A stretch of 32,000 bases of DNA from Candidatus Saccharimonadota bacterium (GCF_029232205.1 NZ_CP107255.1:660001-692000); one strand, 5' to 3'; shown: positions 1-8,459, numbered from the stretch's first letter. A program made the numbers and translations. The notes: generated from the sequence alone by a model not told the origin.

Positions 1-1928
1 GTGTACGTGTCTTTGTAGTTGTATGTGTTCCAGAGGATGTTCATGAACTCCTGGTTCTCATCCATCTTGTCCCATGTAAAGTTGAGATCATCTGAAGGAT
101 CTCCGGACAGGATAAAGAATCTAAGTACGTCACGGCCGTATTTCTCTATGGCCTCTCCTGGAGAGACTACAATACCTTTGGATTTCGACATTTCTTTGCC
201 GTCAAGCATTACTTTGCCGTGGTAGATGACGTTGTTGAACGGTTTCTGATCGTATGTCATGTGTGAGGTGATGAACTGACTGTTCCACCATCCACGGATC
301 TGATCGAATCCTTCAAGCTCCAAGTCCACAGGATTGTGGTCCTCGAACGAGAAATCGATCGCTGGGTGTTTGAGCGAGGCCCATGGAGCGACTCCTGAAT
401 CGAACCATACATCCAGTACGTCAGGAATTCTCTCCATTGTGCCACCACATTCCTCACAGTCAAGCTCTACATTGTCAATGTAAGGCCTGTGTAGGTCGTC
501 AGGCACTTCCGGTAGCTCGGATCTATCTCCGATAACCTTGGTGTGATCGCAGTCGTTACATTCCCAGATAGGTAGTGGGATTCCCCAGTAACGCTGTCTA
601 GATACAGGCCAGTCTCCAAGCTGTTCAAGCCATTCATGGAATTTCTGTCCGGCCCAGTCAGGAACCCAGTTTACCTCTTCATTGCTTTCAATCAGTTCGT
701 CTCTGAACTTTGTAGCTCCGAAGAACCACTGAGGGATCGAAAGCTGTAGAAGCGGAGTATCACATCTCCAGCACTTTGGATACTCGTGCCGGATCTCTCC
801 CGAGTAAAGCAATGCTTCTCCAAGATCCTCCTTGATCTCTGGGTCGGCATCCTTCACGTATAGGCCTTCGTATGGGCCTGCTTCTTCTGTGAACTCTCCT
901 TTCAGATTGACTGGAGAGATCTGTTTAATATCATTTTCCTGGCCTACCTCGTAGTCCTCTTTACCGTGTCCTGGTGCTGAGTGTACGAGGCCTGTTCCTC
1001 CTTCAAGGTCGACGTAGCGATCAGAAAGAACTACTTTACCCTGTACGCCTTCCTGTGCCGGAACTTTGTCTTCCAGAGGATGACCATATTCAAGGCCTTC
1101 AAGTTCTTCTCCCGTTACCTCTTTCAGTACTTCATGGTCTTCTACCCCGAACTTGCTCATTATTGTATCTACAAGTTCTGAGGCCATCCAGATCTTTCTC
1201 TCGTTGAATTCTACTAGCGAGTACTGGTAGCTTGGGCCTACCATGATTGCTGCGTTTGCTGGCAGTGTCCATGGAGTGGTGGTCCAAATCAGTAACTCTT
1301 CGTCGGAGTCCTTGACTGGCATTGCCACGTAGACTTCCGGGTCGTTTAGTTTAGTATATTCGATTTCGTTGTATGCTACTGCTGTCTCGCAGCGTGTGCA
1401 GATGTGTACAGGGTACTGATCCTTGTACAGGAAGTCTTTTTCGAAGGCCTTTTGGAATGTCTGCCACGCACCCTCAATGTAGTAGTCGTGGTAGGTTACG
1501 TACGGGTTTTCCCAGTCCATCCAGACTCCCATATCTTCGAAGTCGTGATTCATCTGTTCGATGTGCTGGTCGACGAATTTCTGACATTCCTTGATGAAGT
1601 TCTCCACTCCAAAGTCTTCAATATCTTTTTTCGAGTTGAATCCTTTCTCTTCCTCCACCTTATTTTCGATAGGGAGGCCGTGAGTATCGTAACCCGGCTG
1701 GCTGTGTACATTGTAGCCAAGCTTCCTGTGGAATCGCAGGTAGAAATCCTTCAGAATCTTGTTAAGGCCTGTACCCATGTGAATGTTTCCTGATGCGTAT
1801 GGAGGCCCGTCTAGAAAGTAGAATCGGTCGTTTCCCTTGTTTCTGTTCAGTACTTTTTGCCTTGTATCATTATTGTTCCATTGCTGGAGAACTGTTTCTT
1901 CAATTTTTTCTGGATTGTAGTCGGTCAT
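1..1928 (-). CDS. ileS: Isoleucyl-tRNA synthetase, N-terminal ~640 aa (3' end lies beyond the window edge)
   Basis: Not in the ORF track because it runs off the window. My translation from ATG (complement of 1926-1928) gives MTDYNPEKIEETVLQQWNNNDTRQKVLNRNKGNDRFYFLDGPPYASGNIHMGTGLNKILKDFYLRFHRKLGYNVHSQPGYDTHGLPIE. This carries a class-I HIGH-type motif plus the IleRS-typical PGYDTHGLPIE. Further in, complement of ~540-600 reads RQRYWGIPLPIWECNDCDH, an IleRS signature. The frame stays open to position 1. Confidence 0.85.
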   Translation of the reverse strand, partial: MTDYNPEKIEETVLQQWNNNDTRQKVLNRNKGNDRFYFLDGPPYASGNIHMGTGLNKILKDFYLRFHRKLGYNVHSQPGYDTHGLPIENKVEEEKGFNSKKDIEDFGVENFIKECQKFVDQHIEQMNHDFEDMGVWMDWENPYVTYHDYYIEGAWQTFQKAFEKDFLYKDQYPVHICTRCETAVAYNEIEYTKLNDPEVYVAMPVKDSDEELLIWTTTPWTLPANAAIMVGPSYQYSLVEFNERKIWMASELVDTIMSKFGVEDHEVLKEVTGEELEGLEYGHPLEDKVPAQEGVQGKVVLSDRYVDLEGGTGLVHSAPGHGKEDYEVGQENDIKQISPVNLKGEFTEEAGPYEGLYVKDADPEIKEDLGEALLYSGEIRHEYPKCWRCDTPLLQLSIPQWFFGATKFRDELIESNEEVNWVPDWAGQKFHEWLEQLGDWPVSRQRYWGIPLPIWECNDCDHTKVIGDRSELPEVPDDLHRPYIDNVELDCEECGGTMERIPDVLDVWFDSGVAPWASLKHPAIDFSFEDHNPVDLELEGFDQIRGWWNSQFITSHMTYDQKPFNNVIYHGKVMLDGKEMSKSKGIVVSPGEAIEKYGRDVLRFFILSGDPSDDLNFTWDKMDENQEFMNILWNTYNYKDTY

Positions 1929-2014
1929 ACACCGATTTCGGACTTGGAATGTTAAAAGTATTTTGAGGAGGCTGTTTTTACCAGCTAGAATAACAGTGGA
2001 AACGAGATAACCTC

Positions 2015-2617
2015 TCACTCCCAGCTGTAACTTTTACTTTCGAATTCTTCTTCGTGGGCCTCTTCTGTTTCTTCTTGATCAGCCTCATTTCCTTCTTCAC
2101 GGCCTTGAGAATGTGTTTCTTTTTCCTTGAATTTCTGGCTGTCTGGGTGTGGTTCGATGGTTTCTGTCTGGAAGTTTACTTCTGTGGAGGCCATTGTATC
2201 GGCCGTGTCTTTGATTTCCTGTTCGCTCATTTCTTTCTGTGGGAATACTGCTGAGGCCGGTGTGCCTGCGTTTTCATCTTCCTCGAATCTTGGGAATATC
2301 TGGATGTACATATGGTCAAGCATCTGGCCGCCCATCTGGCCTTCTGGTATTACTACGGTGAGGCCTTCTGCATCGATGCCGGTCTTGGCTTTTTCCATTA
2401 CTTCTCTGACTAGTGTCATGGCCTCGCTGTATTCTCCGGGTGTGAGGTCCATGATTGATTCTTTGTGTTCTTTGGGTACTACGTTGGCCTGGCCTGTGGC
2501 TCTTGGTTCTGGGTATTCGTGCCATACGTAGAAGTTGTCTGTTTCTGCGATTATGTTGAGTTGTTCTGGTTGCTGCATTAGCTGGCAGAAGATGCACTGG
2601 TCTCCTTGTGGCGGCAT
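2015..2617 (-). CDS. HIT-family (histidine triad) protein with degenerate triad and acidic C-terminal tail
   Basis: N-terminal CIFCQL zinc-type CxxC. NVVPKEH matches the HIT core (..LVIPKxH). The triad position reads DHMYIQIFPR instead of HxHxHxx. C-terminal ~60 aa are E/D/K-rich. Confidence 0.65.
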   Translation of the reverse strand: MPPQGDQCIFCQLMQQPEQLNIIAETDNFYVWHEYPEPRATGQANVVPKEHKESIMDLTPGEYSEAMTLVREVMEKAKTGIDAEGLTVVIPEGQMGGQMLDHMYIQIFPRFEEDENAGTPASAVFPQKEMSEQEIKDTADTMASTEVNFQTETIEPHPDSQKFKEKETHSQGREEGNEADQEETEEAHEEEFESKSYSWE

Positions 2618-2708
2618 AATTGTTATTGAGGAGTCGTTTCTTTTATTCGGATTCGATGTCTTTATAAAAATCTTCAGGCCTTTGGTGTTTTGTAAGGTGC
2701 ATATACCT

Positions 2709-3107
2709 ATGACAGATAATACTGGAGATTTTGACGATCAATTTAATGATGAAAACCTAGATGAAATGGAAGAAGCCGTTGAAGAAGTTGAAGAGGAGCT
2801 AGAGGAAGCTGAAGAAGCTCTAGAGGAAGAAATGGAGATTGAAGAAGAAATTGAAGAGGAAGATGACTCTGAAGACTTCGACGACGAAGATAATGATGAC
2901 GATGAAGATCTTGACAAGCCTGTTTCCGAAGGAGAAATTGTAGAGCTTGAAGTAGAGGATCTTGGAAGCAAAGGCGATGGTATCGCAAGAGTTGAAGGTT
3001 TCGTAGTTTTCGTTCCGGGAGGAGAAGTCGGCAAGAAGTACGATGTAGAAGTTACTTCTGTAGGCCGTAAGTTCGCTTTCGCGGAAATTGAGGAAGAAGT
3101 AGAGTAG
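2709..3107 (+). CDS. TRAM-domain protein with ~75-aa poly-acidic N-terminal extension
   Basis: C-terminus GEIVELEVEDLGSKGDGIARVEGFVVFVPGGEVGKKYDVEVTSVGRKFAFAEI matches small archaeal TRAM proteins. I place the start at ATG 2709 (MTDNTGDF..), in frame with track ORF 2535. The 2535 start would overlap the opposite-strand HIT gene. Confidence 0.75.
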   Translation: MTDNTGDFDDQFNDENLDEMEEAVEEVEEELEEAEEALEEEMEIEEEIEEEDDSEDFDDEDNDDDEDLDKPVSEGEIVELEVEDLGSKGDGIARVEGFVVFVPGGEVGKKYDVEVTSVGRKFAFAEIEEEVE

Positions 3108-3135
3108 ATTTCTCTACTCTCTTTTTATTCTATTT
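3098..3135 (+). terminator. Hairpin plus T-tract immediately after the TRAM gene
   Basis: AGTAGAG (3098-3104) pairs with CTCTACT (3112-3118) around a 7-nt loop and overlaps the TAG stop (3105-3107). It is followed by CTCTTTTTATTCTATTTTC. Confidence 0.5.
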
Positions 3136-3222
3136 TCGAATTTTGGTTTCTGCATACTTTTTTTCTTTCAAAAACTCGACTATCAAAAGGTTTTTAAACA
3201 GATTTACCCTGTTTTGATCTTT

Positions 3223-3519
3223 ATGTCACTAGATGAAGCCAAGGAAGAGGCTGAAGCAGTAATTGACTCCGCAGAAATGCTGCTGGACACATTCCCAGGG
3301 GAGGGAAAGACAGCCCGAGAACTCAGAGGCAAAATTACAGAACTTGAACAGGAAGTTCAGGATCCAGACTCAGAGAGATCCCTAAGAAAGATCATCAACG
3401 ATGTAAAGGATCTGATGGACGAACTGGAAGAACAGGGAATGGACGCAGAACCTATGGGCCCAGGAATGGACGAAGGAATGGGGCCTCAGGAACCTGAAGA
3501 CGACATGCCTCCATTCTAG
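3223..3519 (+). CDS. Small acidic hypothetical protein (coiled-coil-like)
   Basis: Track ORF 3214..3519 starts at TTG. The first ATG is at 3223 (MSLDEAKEEAEAV..). No recognisable motif; composition matches neighbouring genes. Confidence 0.5.
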   Translation: MSLDEAKEEAEAVIDSAEMLLDTFPGEGKTARELRGKITELEQEVQDPDSERSLRKIINDVKDLMDELEEQGMDAEPMGPGMDEGMGPQEPEDDMPPF

Positions 3520-3658
3520 GCCAGAAAAACCCTCTCCCTCTTTTCTAAATTAATTCTAAACCAATTTCTTCTATTATACAATTTTTAATAAAGAAGAATC
3601 TATCTTGAACATAGAACAATCTAATACAAATAGAAAAGAGATTGTAAAGAGGCCTTAC

Positions 3659-3868
3659 TTATCCTCTTAAGGCCTTTCTAATGTCTACTGCTCTCACAGT
3701 TTTTCTACCAGCTTCTTCAGCATATTCCTTAGCTCTGGATGCAATTTCTATTCCGTGCTCATCCATCTGATCTCCTAAAGCTCTTGCTGCCTCTTCTGAT
3801 ACTCTTTTGTCTGTTTCTCCTTTGAGAACCTGTTTCATCCTGTAGATTGAAAATTCCATAACTATCAC
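3659..3868 (-). CDS. Archaeal histone (HMf-type histone fold)
   Basis: 69 aa. RVSEEAARALGDQMDEHGIEIASRAKEYAEEAGRKTVRAVDIRKALR matches the archaeal histone pattern (RVS..A...L...lEe.g.eia..A...A.HAGRKTv...Di.lA). Size is typical. Confidence 0.85.
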   Translation of the reverse strand: MIVMEFSIYRMKQVLKGETDKRVSEEAARALGDQMDEHGIEIASRAKEYAEEAGRKTVRAVDIRKALRG

Positions 3869-3934
3869 TCCTATTAGGTATAATGTTATACGTATAGGGT
3901 ATTTTTTAATATATAATCATTCTATCAACATTTT

Positions 3935-4489
3935 GTGAAAGATGAATTTCCATCAATAATGAATTCTGAACTTGCAGTTCAGGTTTTACAGAGGATTGCG
4001 CAACCCAGTCGTGGAAATTACTCTACAAAAATCGCAGAGGAACTCCACAAGCCTCAATCATCAATAAGTCGGATTATTAAACAGATGAAGGAAATTGGGT
4101 TTGTTGAAAAAGGAACGCGCAAGAAAGCACAGTACTACGAAATAGACTACTGTGGAATCACAGAATACTGGCTAGAAGTAATCAGAGAAGAGCTTAAAAA
4201 AATTGATAACGAAAGAGGCCTCGAAGTACTTGACGAAAATGAGAGAAAGGCCAGAGAACTGAATAAGAGATTTACAAAAATAATGCTGAACAAGTGCGAG
4301 ATCAGAGAGAAAACTCTTCAAACAATTCTTTTCGATGATTTCCTGTCTTCTCTAGCCGACAAAGCAGTAGAGAAAGAAGATTTTTTCCAGGAAAACGAGT
4401 TTCTACTACCCATCAAAGATGGCCTAGTAAAACTACTGAGAGTAGAAGGCTACCCAGCAGAATTTGAGAAAGCACTTGAAGAATGCTGA
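3935..4489 (+). CDS. Winged-helix (ArsR/MarR-like) DNA-binding protein with C-terminal helical domain
   Basis: N-terminal NYSTKIAEELHKPQSSISRIIKQMKEIGFVEKGTRKKAQYYEIDY fits an HTH followed by a wing. GTG start at 3935. Confidence 0.6.
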   Translation: MKDEFPSIMNSELAVQVLQRIAQPSRGNYSTKIAEELHKPQSSISRIIKQMKEIGFVEKGTRKKAQYYEIDYCGITEYWLEVIREELKKIDNERGLEVLDENERKARELNKRFTKIMLNKCEIREKTLQTILFDDFLSSLADKAVEKEDFFQENEFLLPIKDGLVKLLRVEGYPAEFEKALEEC

Positions 4490-4494
4490 AAAGT

Positions 4495-4517
4495 ACGCCA
4501 GCGCCCGGATTTGAACC
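4495..4517 (-). repeat. Orphan copy of the 3' 23 nt of the adjacent tRNA-Ser gene (T-loop, T-stem 3' strand, acceptor 3' strand, discriminator)
   Basis: 4495-4517 (acgccAgcgcccggatttgaacc) versus 4581-4603 (acgccGgcgcccggatttgaacc): 22/23 identical, same orientation. The distal copy lacks a matching 5' T-stem strand (TCGGG instead of CCCGG), so it is not a complete tRNA. Confidence 0.8.
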
Positions 4518-4581
4518 CGAAGCTCGCAAGAATTGGAGCTTCTAACAGCAAATACGGGCCTGATACTAGATTAGGTGTGAA

Positions 4582-4670
4582 CGCCGGCGCCCGGATTTGA
4601 ACCGGGGAGGCCGCATATGGGCCAGCAGATCTCGAATCTGCCGCGTTCAACCAGACTCCGCCACGCTGGC
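4582..4670 (-). tRNA. tRNA-Ser (anticodon CGA), class II with long variable arm, no encoded CCA
   Basis: Reverse complement: GCCAGCG TG GCGG AGTCTGGTTGAA CGCG GCAGA TTCGAGA TCTGC TGGCCCATATGCGGCCT CCCGG TTCAAAT CCGGG CGCCGGC G. It folds as a cloverleaf with anticodon loop TT-CGA-GA, variable arm GGCC/GGCC, a perfect T-arm and GTTCAAATCC. The acceptor stem has one A4:C69 mismatch. Confidence 0.85.
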
Positions 4671-4779
4671 ATGTCTAGAATTGAAGTAGTCTACAACGTT
4701 TTTTAGTGGTGATGTGTATTTCTGTGAAACTGCGTGTCAATCGGCAGTTGTTAAAGCTTTACGGCCATTAACGAGTATC

Positions 4780-5460
4780 ATGGCCTATAGCTCGGTAATC
4801 TTCGATATGGATGGCGTGCTTCTTAACTCGCTGGTTGACGGTGAGAAATGGAAGTACAGAGCTGTCGACCGGGCTTTAAAGGAGAAAGATGTTGAGCCAG
4901 AAAATGTTTCCAGAGATGGTAAGGATGCTATTCTAGGTGATAAAGGTTACAAGGCCTGTCTGAAGAAATCCTCGAAGTTAGGCCTCGATCCAAGAGAGAT
5001 CTGGTCTCTGGTAGCACAGGAAACCACGAATGCGCGTGGCGAAGAGCTTAGAAAAGGAAACTTCGAGCTATATCCGGAGGCAGAAAAGGTCGTGAAGAAT
5101 CTTCACCAGAAAGATATTCCTCTGGCTGTTATAAGCAATGCTCCTGAGGCCGCTGTTAAAATGATGATCGAATATTTCGAGCTTAAGCAGTACTTCAAGT
5201 TCTTTGCCGGCGTCCGTAATTTTGAGGATCTGCGGGATAGAAAACCTCATCCAAATCATCTTGAGCTGGCGAAGGCCGAGTTAAAGAGAGATCCTTTCAT
5301 CTATGTTGGTGATTCCGACTCTGATCTGAAGGCTGCTGAAAATGCCAGGATGGATTCTGTATGGGTTAAAAGAGGCGGAGAGGTTCAGAACGGCCACACT
5401 TTCGAGGTTGAGGGCCTGGGAGAGATAGTTAATCGGGTTGTCGAAGACCAATCTGAATAA
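4780..5460 (+). CDS. HAD-superfamily hydrolase (phosphatase, PGP/beta-PGM-like subfamily IA)
   Basis: Motif I VIFDMDGVLLNS lies right after the ATG at 4780. The track's GTG start at 4714 adds 22 non-conserved residues. Motif II is VISNAP, followed by a conserved Lys (RKPHP), and motif IV is VGDSDSDLKAA. Confidence 0.8.
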   Translation: MAYSSVIFDMDGVLLNSLVDGEKWKYRAVDRALKEKDVEPENVSRDGKDAILGDKGYKACLKKSSKLGLDPREIWSLVAQETTNARGEELRKGNFELYPEAEKVVKNLHQKDIPLAVISNAPEAAVKMMIEYFELKQYFKFFAGVRNFEDLRDRKPHPNHLELAKAELKRDPFIYVGDSDSDLKAAENARMDSVWVKRGGEVQNGHTFEVEGLGEIVNRVVEDQSE

Positions 5461-5499
5461 AAGACTTGGCCTCCAATTAGTTGAAGGGTTCTAGAAGAA

Positions 5500-6153
5500 A
5501 TGTACGATGGAATAATTTTCGACAAGGACGGAGTGCTGCTTGACTCAGCAGTAAACAACTTTCTATGGATGGATAAAGTAAGAATTAACGCAGCAAAGAA
5601 GCATGGCGTGGAAATGGATGTAAATGATGCCATGACCGTTGCAAAGGCCTCTTCAGCGAGCAAGGTAGAAAAACTTCTTAACGAGAAAGGTATTAACTGG
5701 GAGACTTTGAAGAAAATTGAGAATACTGTTCAGGACAGCAAGATCAGGCTGATGGAAGAACACTACATTACTCCTTTCCCCGAGGTAGAGACAATTTTAG
5801 ACAACCTTGATGTTGAGAAAGCCGTGGCCACCAACGCACCGAAAAGAACAGCAGACTTTACACTAGATCATTTCGGACTGGAAGGCTACTTCAGAATCAT
5901 AAACGCACCTCCAATGGACCCAATGCCAGAATACTTCAACAAGAGAAAACCCAGCAAGCAGATGCTGAAAACCGCAATGGACTACATGAACGCATCCAAC
6001 CCTGTAATGGTAGGCGACACAGAGTCAGATGTCAAGGCCGCAAAGAACGCAGGGATCGACTCCATACTTGTAGAAAGCTACGGAGAAAGGCCTGAACTAG
6101 ATCCTACCCACCGAGTTACCAGACTGGCAGAACTGAAAAGATTCATCGAGTAG
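5500..6153 (+). CDS. HAD-superfamily hydrolase, diverged tandem paralog
   Basis: MYDGIIFDKDGVLLDS (motif I), VATNAP (motif II), KRKPSKQ, VGDTESDVKAAKNAG (motif IV). Confidence 0.8.
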   Translation: MYDGIIFDKDGVLLDSAVNNFLWMDKVRINAAKKHGVEMDVNDAMTVAKASSASKVEKLLNEKGINWETLKKIENTVQDSKIRLMEEHYITPFPEVETILDNLDVEKAVATNAPKRTADFTLDHFGLEGYFRIINAPPMDPMPEYFNKRKPSKQMLKTAMDYMNASNPVMVGDTESDVKAAKNAGIDSILVESYGERPELDPTHRVTRLAELKRFIE

Positions 6154-6263
6154 CGAACCTTTAGAAAAGGTTCGAGCCAAAGTACTAGCTGCTCTTCCCG
6201 CAGACCTCAGCTACCTTCACTGTGCAGATGGGATTAAAAGATTTCAACTACTTCTTTTTCTGT

Positions 6264-7241
6264 ATGACTGACGAAACCTGCAGCAAATGTGGAGAGCCAG
6301 CGGTAATCCACCGAGAGTATGAAGGCCGGGCCCTCTGCAAGGAACACTTCTCCATCGACATCAACAAGAAAGTGAAGAAAACGATTAGAGAAGGAAACCT
6401 TGTAGAATCAGGCGACACAATCGCAGTAGGCCTGTCCGGCGGAAAAGACTCCGCAGTACTTCTTGAACAGCTGGTAGAGATCTTCGGAGAAAGGCCTGAC
6501 ATCGAGATAATAGGAGTCTCCGTGCACGAAGGCATCGATCCTTACAGAGATGAATCGATCTCTGCTGCTGAGGAACTGTGCAACGATCTAGGTGTTGACC
6601 TGAAGCTTGGAAAGTACGATGATTACTACGACTTGAAGATGGATGACGTAGCGGATGCAGGAGCAAAAGGAAACTGCACCTACTGCGGAATAATGCGCAG
6701 AGACCTTCTCAACAAGCTTTGCCGTGAAGTTGACGCGGACAAGATGGCTATCGGCCACAACTTAGACGACGAGGCGCAGGCCATCATGATGAATCATATC
6801 AAAGGAGACATGAAGCGAATGGCACGTATTGGCCCGAAGAAAGATCCTTCAGACCACGAAATGTTTACTCAGAGAATCAAGCCTCTCCGCGATGTAAGAG
6901 AGAAAGAGGTAGCGCTTTACTCCCGTATCCATGATCTTGGAGTTATTGATCGGTGCCCTCATGTACAGGAAGGATCGATGAGGCCTATGGTAAAAAGTTT
7001 CCTGAACAAGCTGGAGTCTGAGATGCCTGGCGTCAAGAATCAGATAGTTTCACACGGCCGAGAGATCTCAGACATGGTAGAAGACAACATAGACTACGAC
7101 AGCGAGGAAAACGAGATACAGGAGTGCGAGAAATGTGGAGAACCTTGCTCATCGAAAATATGCAGGAAATGCCAGCTTCTGGATGAGATCAAGATCGCAG
7201 CCGATAAATCAGATGACCACGATTTCTCTGTAGAAGAATAA
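6264..7241 (+). CDS. PP-loop ATPase of the TtuA/NcsA (Ncs6/Ctu1) tRNA 2-thiolation family
   Basis: N-terminal zinc finger CSKCGEP..CKEHF. PP-loop GLSGGKDS. Fe-S ligand pattern CTYCGIMRR ... DRCPH. C-terminal zinc finger CEKCGEPCSSKICRKC. Start placed at ATG 6264 (MTDETC); the track ORF begins at GTG 6222. Confidence 0.8.
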   Translation: MTDETCSKCGEPAVIHREYEGRALCKEHFSIDINKKVKKTIREGNLVESGDTIAVGLSGGKDSAVLLEQLVEIFGERPDIEIIGVSVHEGIDPYRDESISAAEELCNDLGVDLKLGKYDDYYDLKMDDVADAGAKGNCTYCGIMRRDLLNKLCREVDADKMAIGHNLDDEAQAIMMNHIKGDMKRMARIGPKKDPSDHEMFTQRIKPLRDVREKEVALYSRIHDLGVIDRCPHVQEGSMRPMVKSFLNKLESEMPGVKNQIVSHGREISDMVEDNIDYDSEENEIQECEKCGEPCSSKICRKCQLLDEIKIAADKSDDHDFSVEE

Positions 7242-7248
7242 ATCAGTA

Positions 7249-8334
7249 CTAGAAGCTCTCCAACTTTCTCTGACCCCGATCTTCTTCCAGGTCAGATACC
7301 CTGAGGCCTATCCGGCGGACCTCTCCATCGAAATCATTCATGAAATCTTCCAGCAAGGCCTCTTCTTCCTCAATAAATTTCTCCCTATCTCTGATTCTGG
7401 CCTTTAGAGTTTTCGACCGCGTATGCATCTGAATTTCGGAATCGATTACTACAAGAACTACTTGCCCGAAGTTAAGGCCTTTATCCTCCAGTTGCTCAAA
7501 TATTTCATCGGCCAGATCTGGGAAGTATGTTTTGATGTGGTTGACGCTGCGAGAGTTCTGATCTAGTGTAGTTATGCGGGTAATCTGTTTCTGCATCTTT
7601 TCGCTGACTTCTTCATCGTCCTGGCCGCAGGCCTTCTCCTGTATCTTCACTCCTAGGTTTTCGCCGAACTCCTCGATAAGTTCACGGGTATCAGCCTCCG
7701 CCAGTTCCTTTACAGAAGCGATTCCAAGGGCCTCAAGTTTCTCCACAGTTTTTCCTCCGATGCCGTGGATATCCTCCAGCTCCAGCGACTGCATAAACTC
7801 CTGTACTTCTTCAGGCAGCACCATGGTAAGGCCTTCAGGTTTTTCGCGGTCGGAGGCGATCTTAGCCACGAGTTTGTTCGGGCCAATACCAATTGAACAG
7901 GTGATACCGAACTCTTCCTCAACTTCCTCCTGAATTTTCTCGGCCAGTTGTTCAGCTTCGTCGAAGCTTTCAACTTTGTCGGTTGTATCCAGATATGCTT
8001 CATCTATAGAGGCCTGTTCGATCTTTTCCGCGTATTTTTCGTATATCTGTTCTCTGATTTCATCGGATATCTGCTGATAGTACTCACGATCCATTGGGAG
8101 AAAATGTACTTCTTTCTCTGATTTCTCGGCAATATTTTTTGCTCTTGTTATCGGCATTGCGGCATGTATGCCCATGTCACGGGCCTCGTAGTTGCAGGTT
8201 GATACTGCGCCGGAGTCCTCTGTGCGTCCGGAGTATACGCAGATGACGATCGGACCTTCCAGGCCTTTTCTCTGTTTCTCGACCGATGCGTAGAATGAGT
8301 CCATGTCGACGTGCAGGATTTTTCTGTCGGTCAT
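7249..8334 (-). CDS. dinB: Y-family DNA polymerase IV (Dpo4/Dbh/DinB type)
   Basis: MTDRKILHVDMDSFYASVE.. (catalytic DMDxFYA motif), SIDEAYLD, CSIGIGPNKLVAKIASD, HGIGGKTVEKL (HhH). Start at ATG 8334, residue 54 of the track ORF. The longer ORF would overlap the divergent neighbour. Confidence 0.9.
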   Translation of the reverse strand: MTDRKILHVDMDSFYASVEKQRKGLEGPIVICVYSGRTEDSGAVSTCNYEARDMGIHAAMPITRAKNIAEKSEKEVHFLPMDREYYQQISDEIREQIYEKYAEKIEQASIDEAYLDTTDKVESFDEAEQLAEKIQEEVEEEFGITCSIGIGPNKLVAKIASDREKPEGLTMVLPEEVQEFMQSLELEDIHGIGGKTVEKLEALGIASVKELAEADTRELIEEFGENLGVKIQEKACGQDDEEVSEKMQKQITRITTLDQNSRSVNHIKTYFPDLADEIFEQLEDKGLNFGQVVLVVIDSEIQMHTRSKTLKARIRDREKFIEEEEALLEDFMNDFDGEVRRIGLRVSDLEEDRGQRKLESF

Positions 8335-8459
8335 GTGAAGGCCTTTCTCAGTTACTGGTTTCTGTCTTTCGGTACTCGCAGAATTGGGAAATTCTTTTGC
8401 TCGAACTTTTCCCAAGATTCGGTTGCAGTTATTTAAGTTGGTATTACCTTGTATTACGT

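Noticed and set aside
2740-2900. Periodic GAA/GAG/GAT repeats that could look like a tandem-repeat or CRISPR-like array.
   Set aside because: The repeats are in frame and codon-level (poly-Glu/Asp), with no conserved repeat unit or spacers. They are low-complexity coding sequence of the TRAM protein's acidic tail.
2738-3034. Ser-rich 98-aa and 81-aa ORFs antisense to the TRAM gene. Similar long antisense ORFs occur at 1404-1793, 7574-7933, 12253-12657, 13384-13773, 21567-22031 and 29717-30253.
   Set aside because: They are shadow ORFs. GAA/GAG/GAT-rich acidic coding sequence reads as stop-poor TTC/CTC/ATC on the opposite strand. All lie entirely inside genes with strong family motifs and have low-complexity or implausible composition.
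4496-4589. A second tRNA gene formed by the palindromic GCCGGCG (4583-4589) as 5' acceptor strand and the distal T-arm/acceptor copy.
   Set aside because: It would share its first 7 nt with the 3' end of tRNA-Ser. It has no foldable D-arm or anticodon arm (TTCACACCTAATCTAGTATCAGG..) and its 5' T-stem strand (TCGGG) mismatches CCGGG. It is better explained as a duplicated 3' fragment.
4450-4650. 66-aa ORF on the minus strand overlapping the tRNA region.
   Set aside because: It runs through the tRNA-Ser gene and its duplicated fragment and overlaps the 3' end of the wHTH gene. Composition is Ala/Pro/Ser/Gly-rich, unlike the local proteome.
4780-6153. Two adjacent HAD hydrolase genes as a recent tandem duplication or repeat.
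   Set aside because: Nucleotide sequences are highly diverged even at the shared DxDGVLL motif. They are old paralogs, not a repeat structure.
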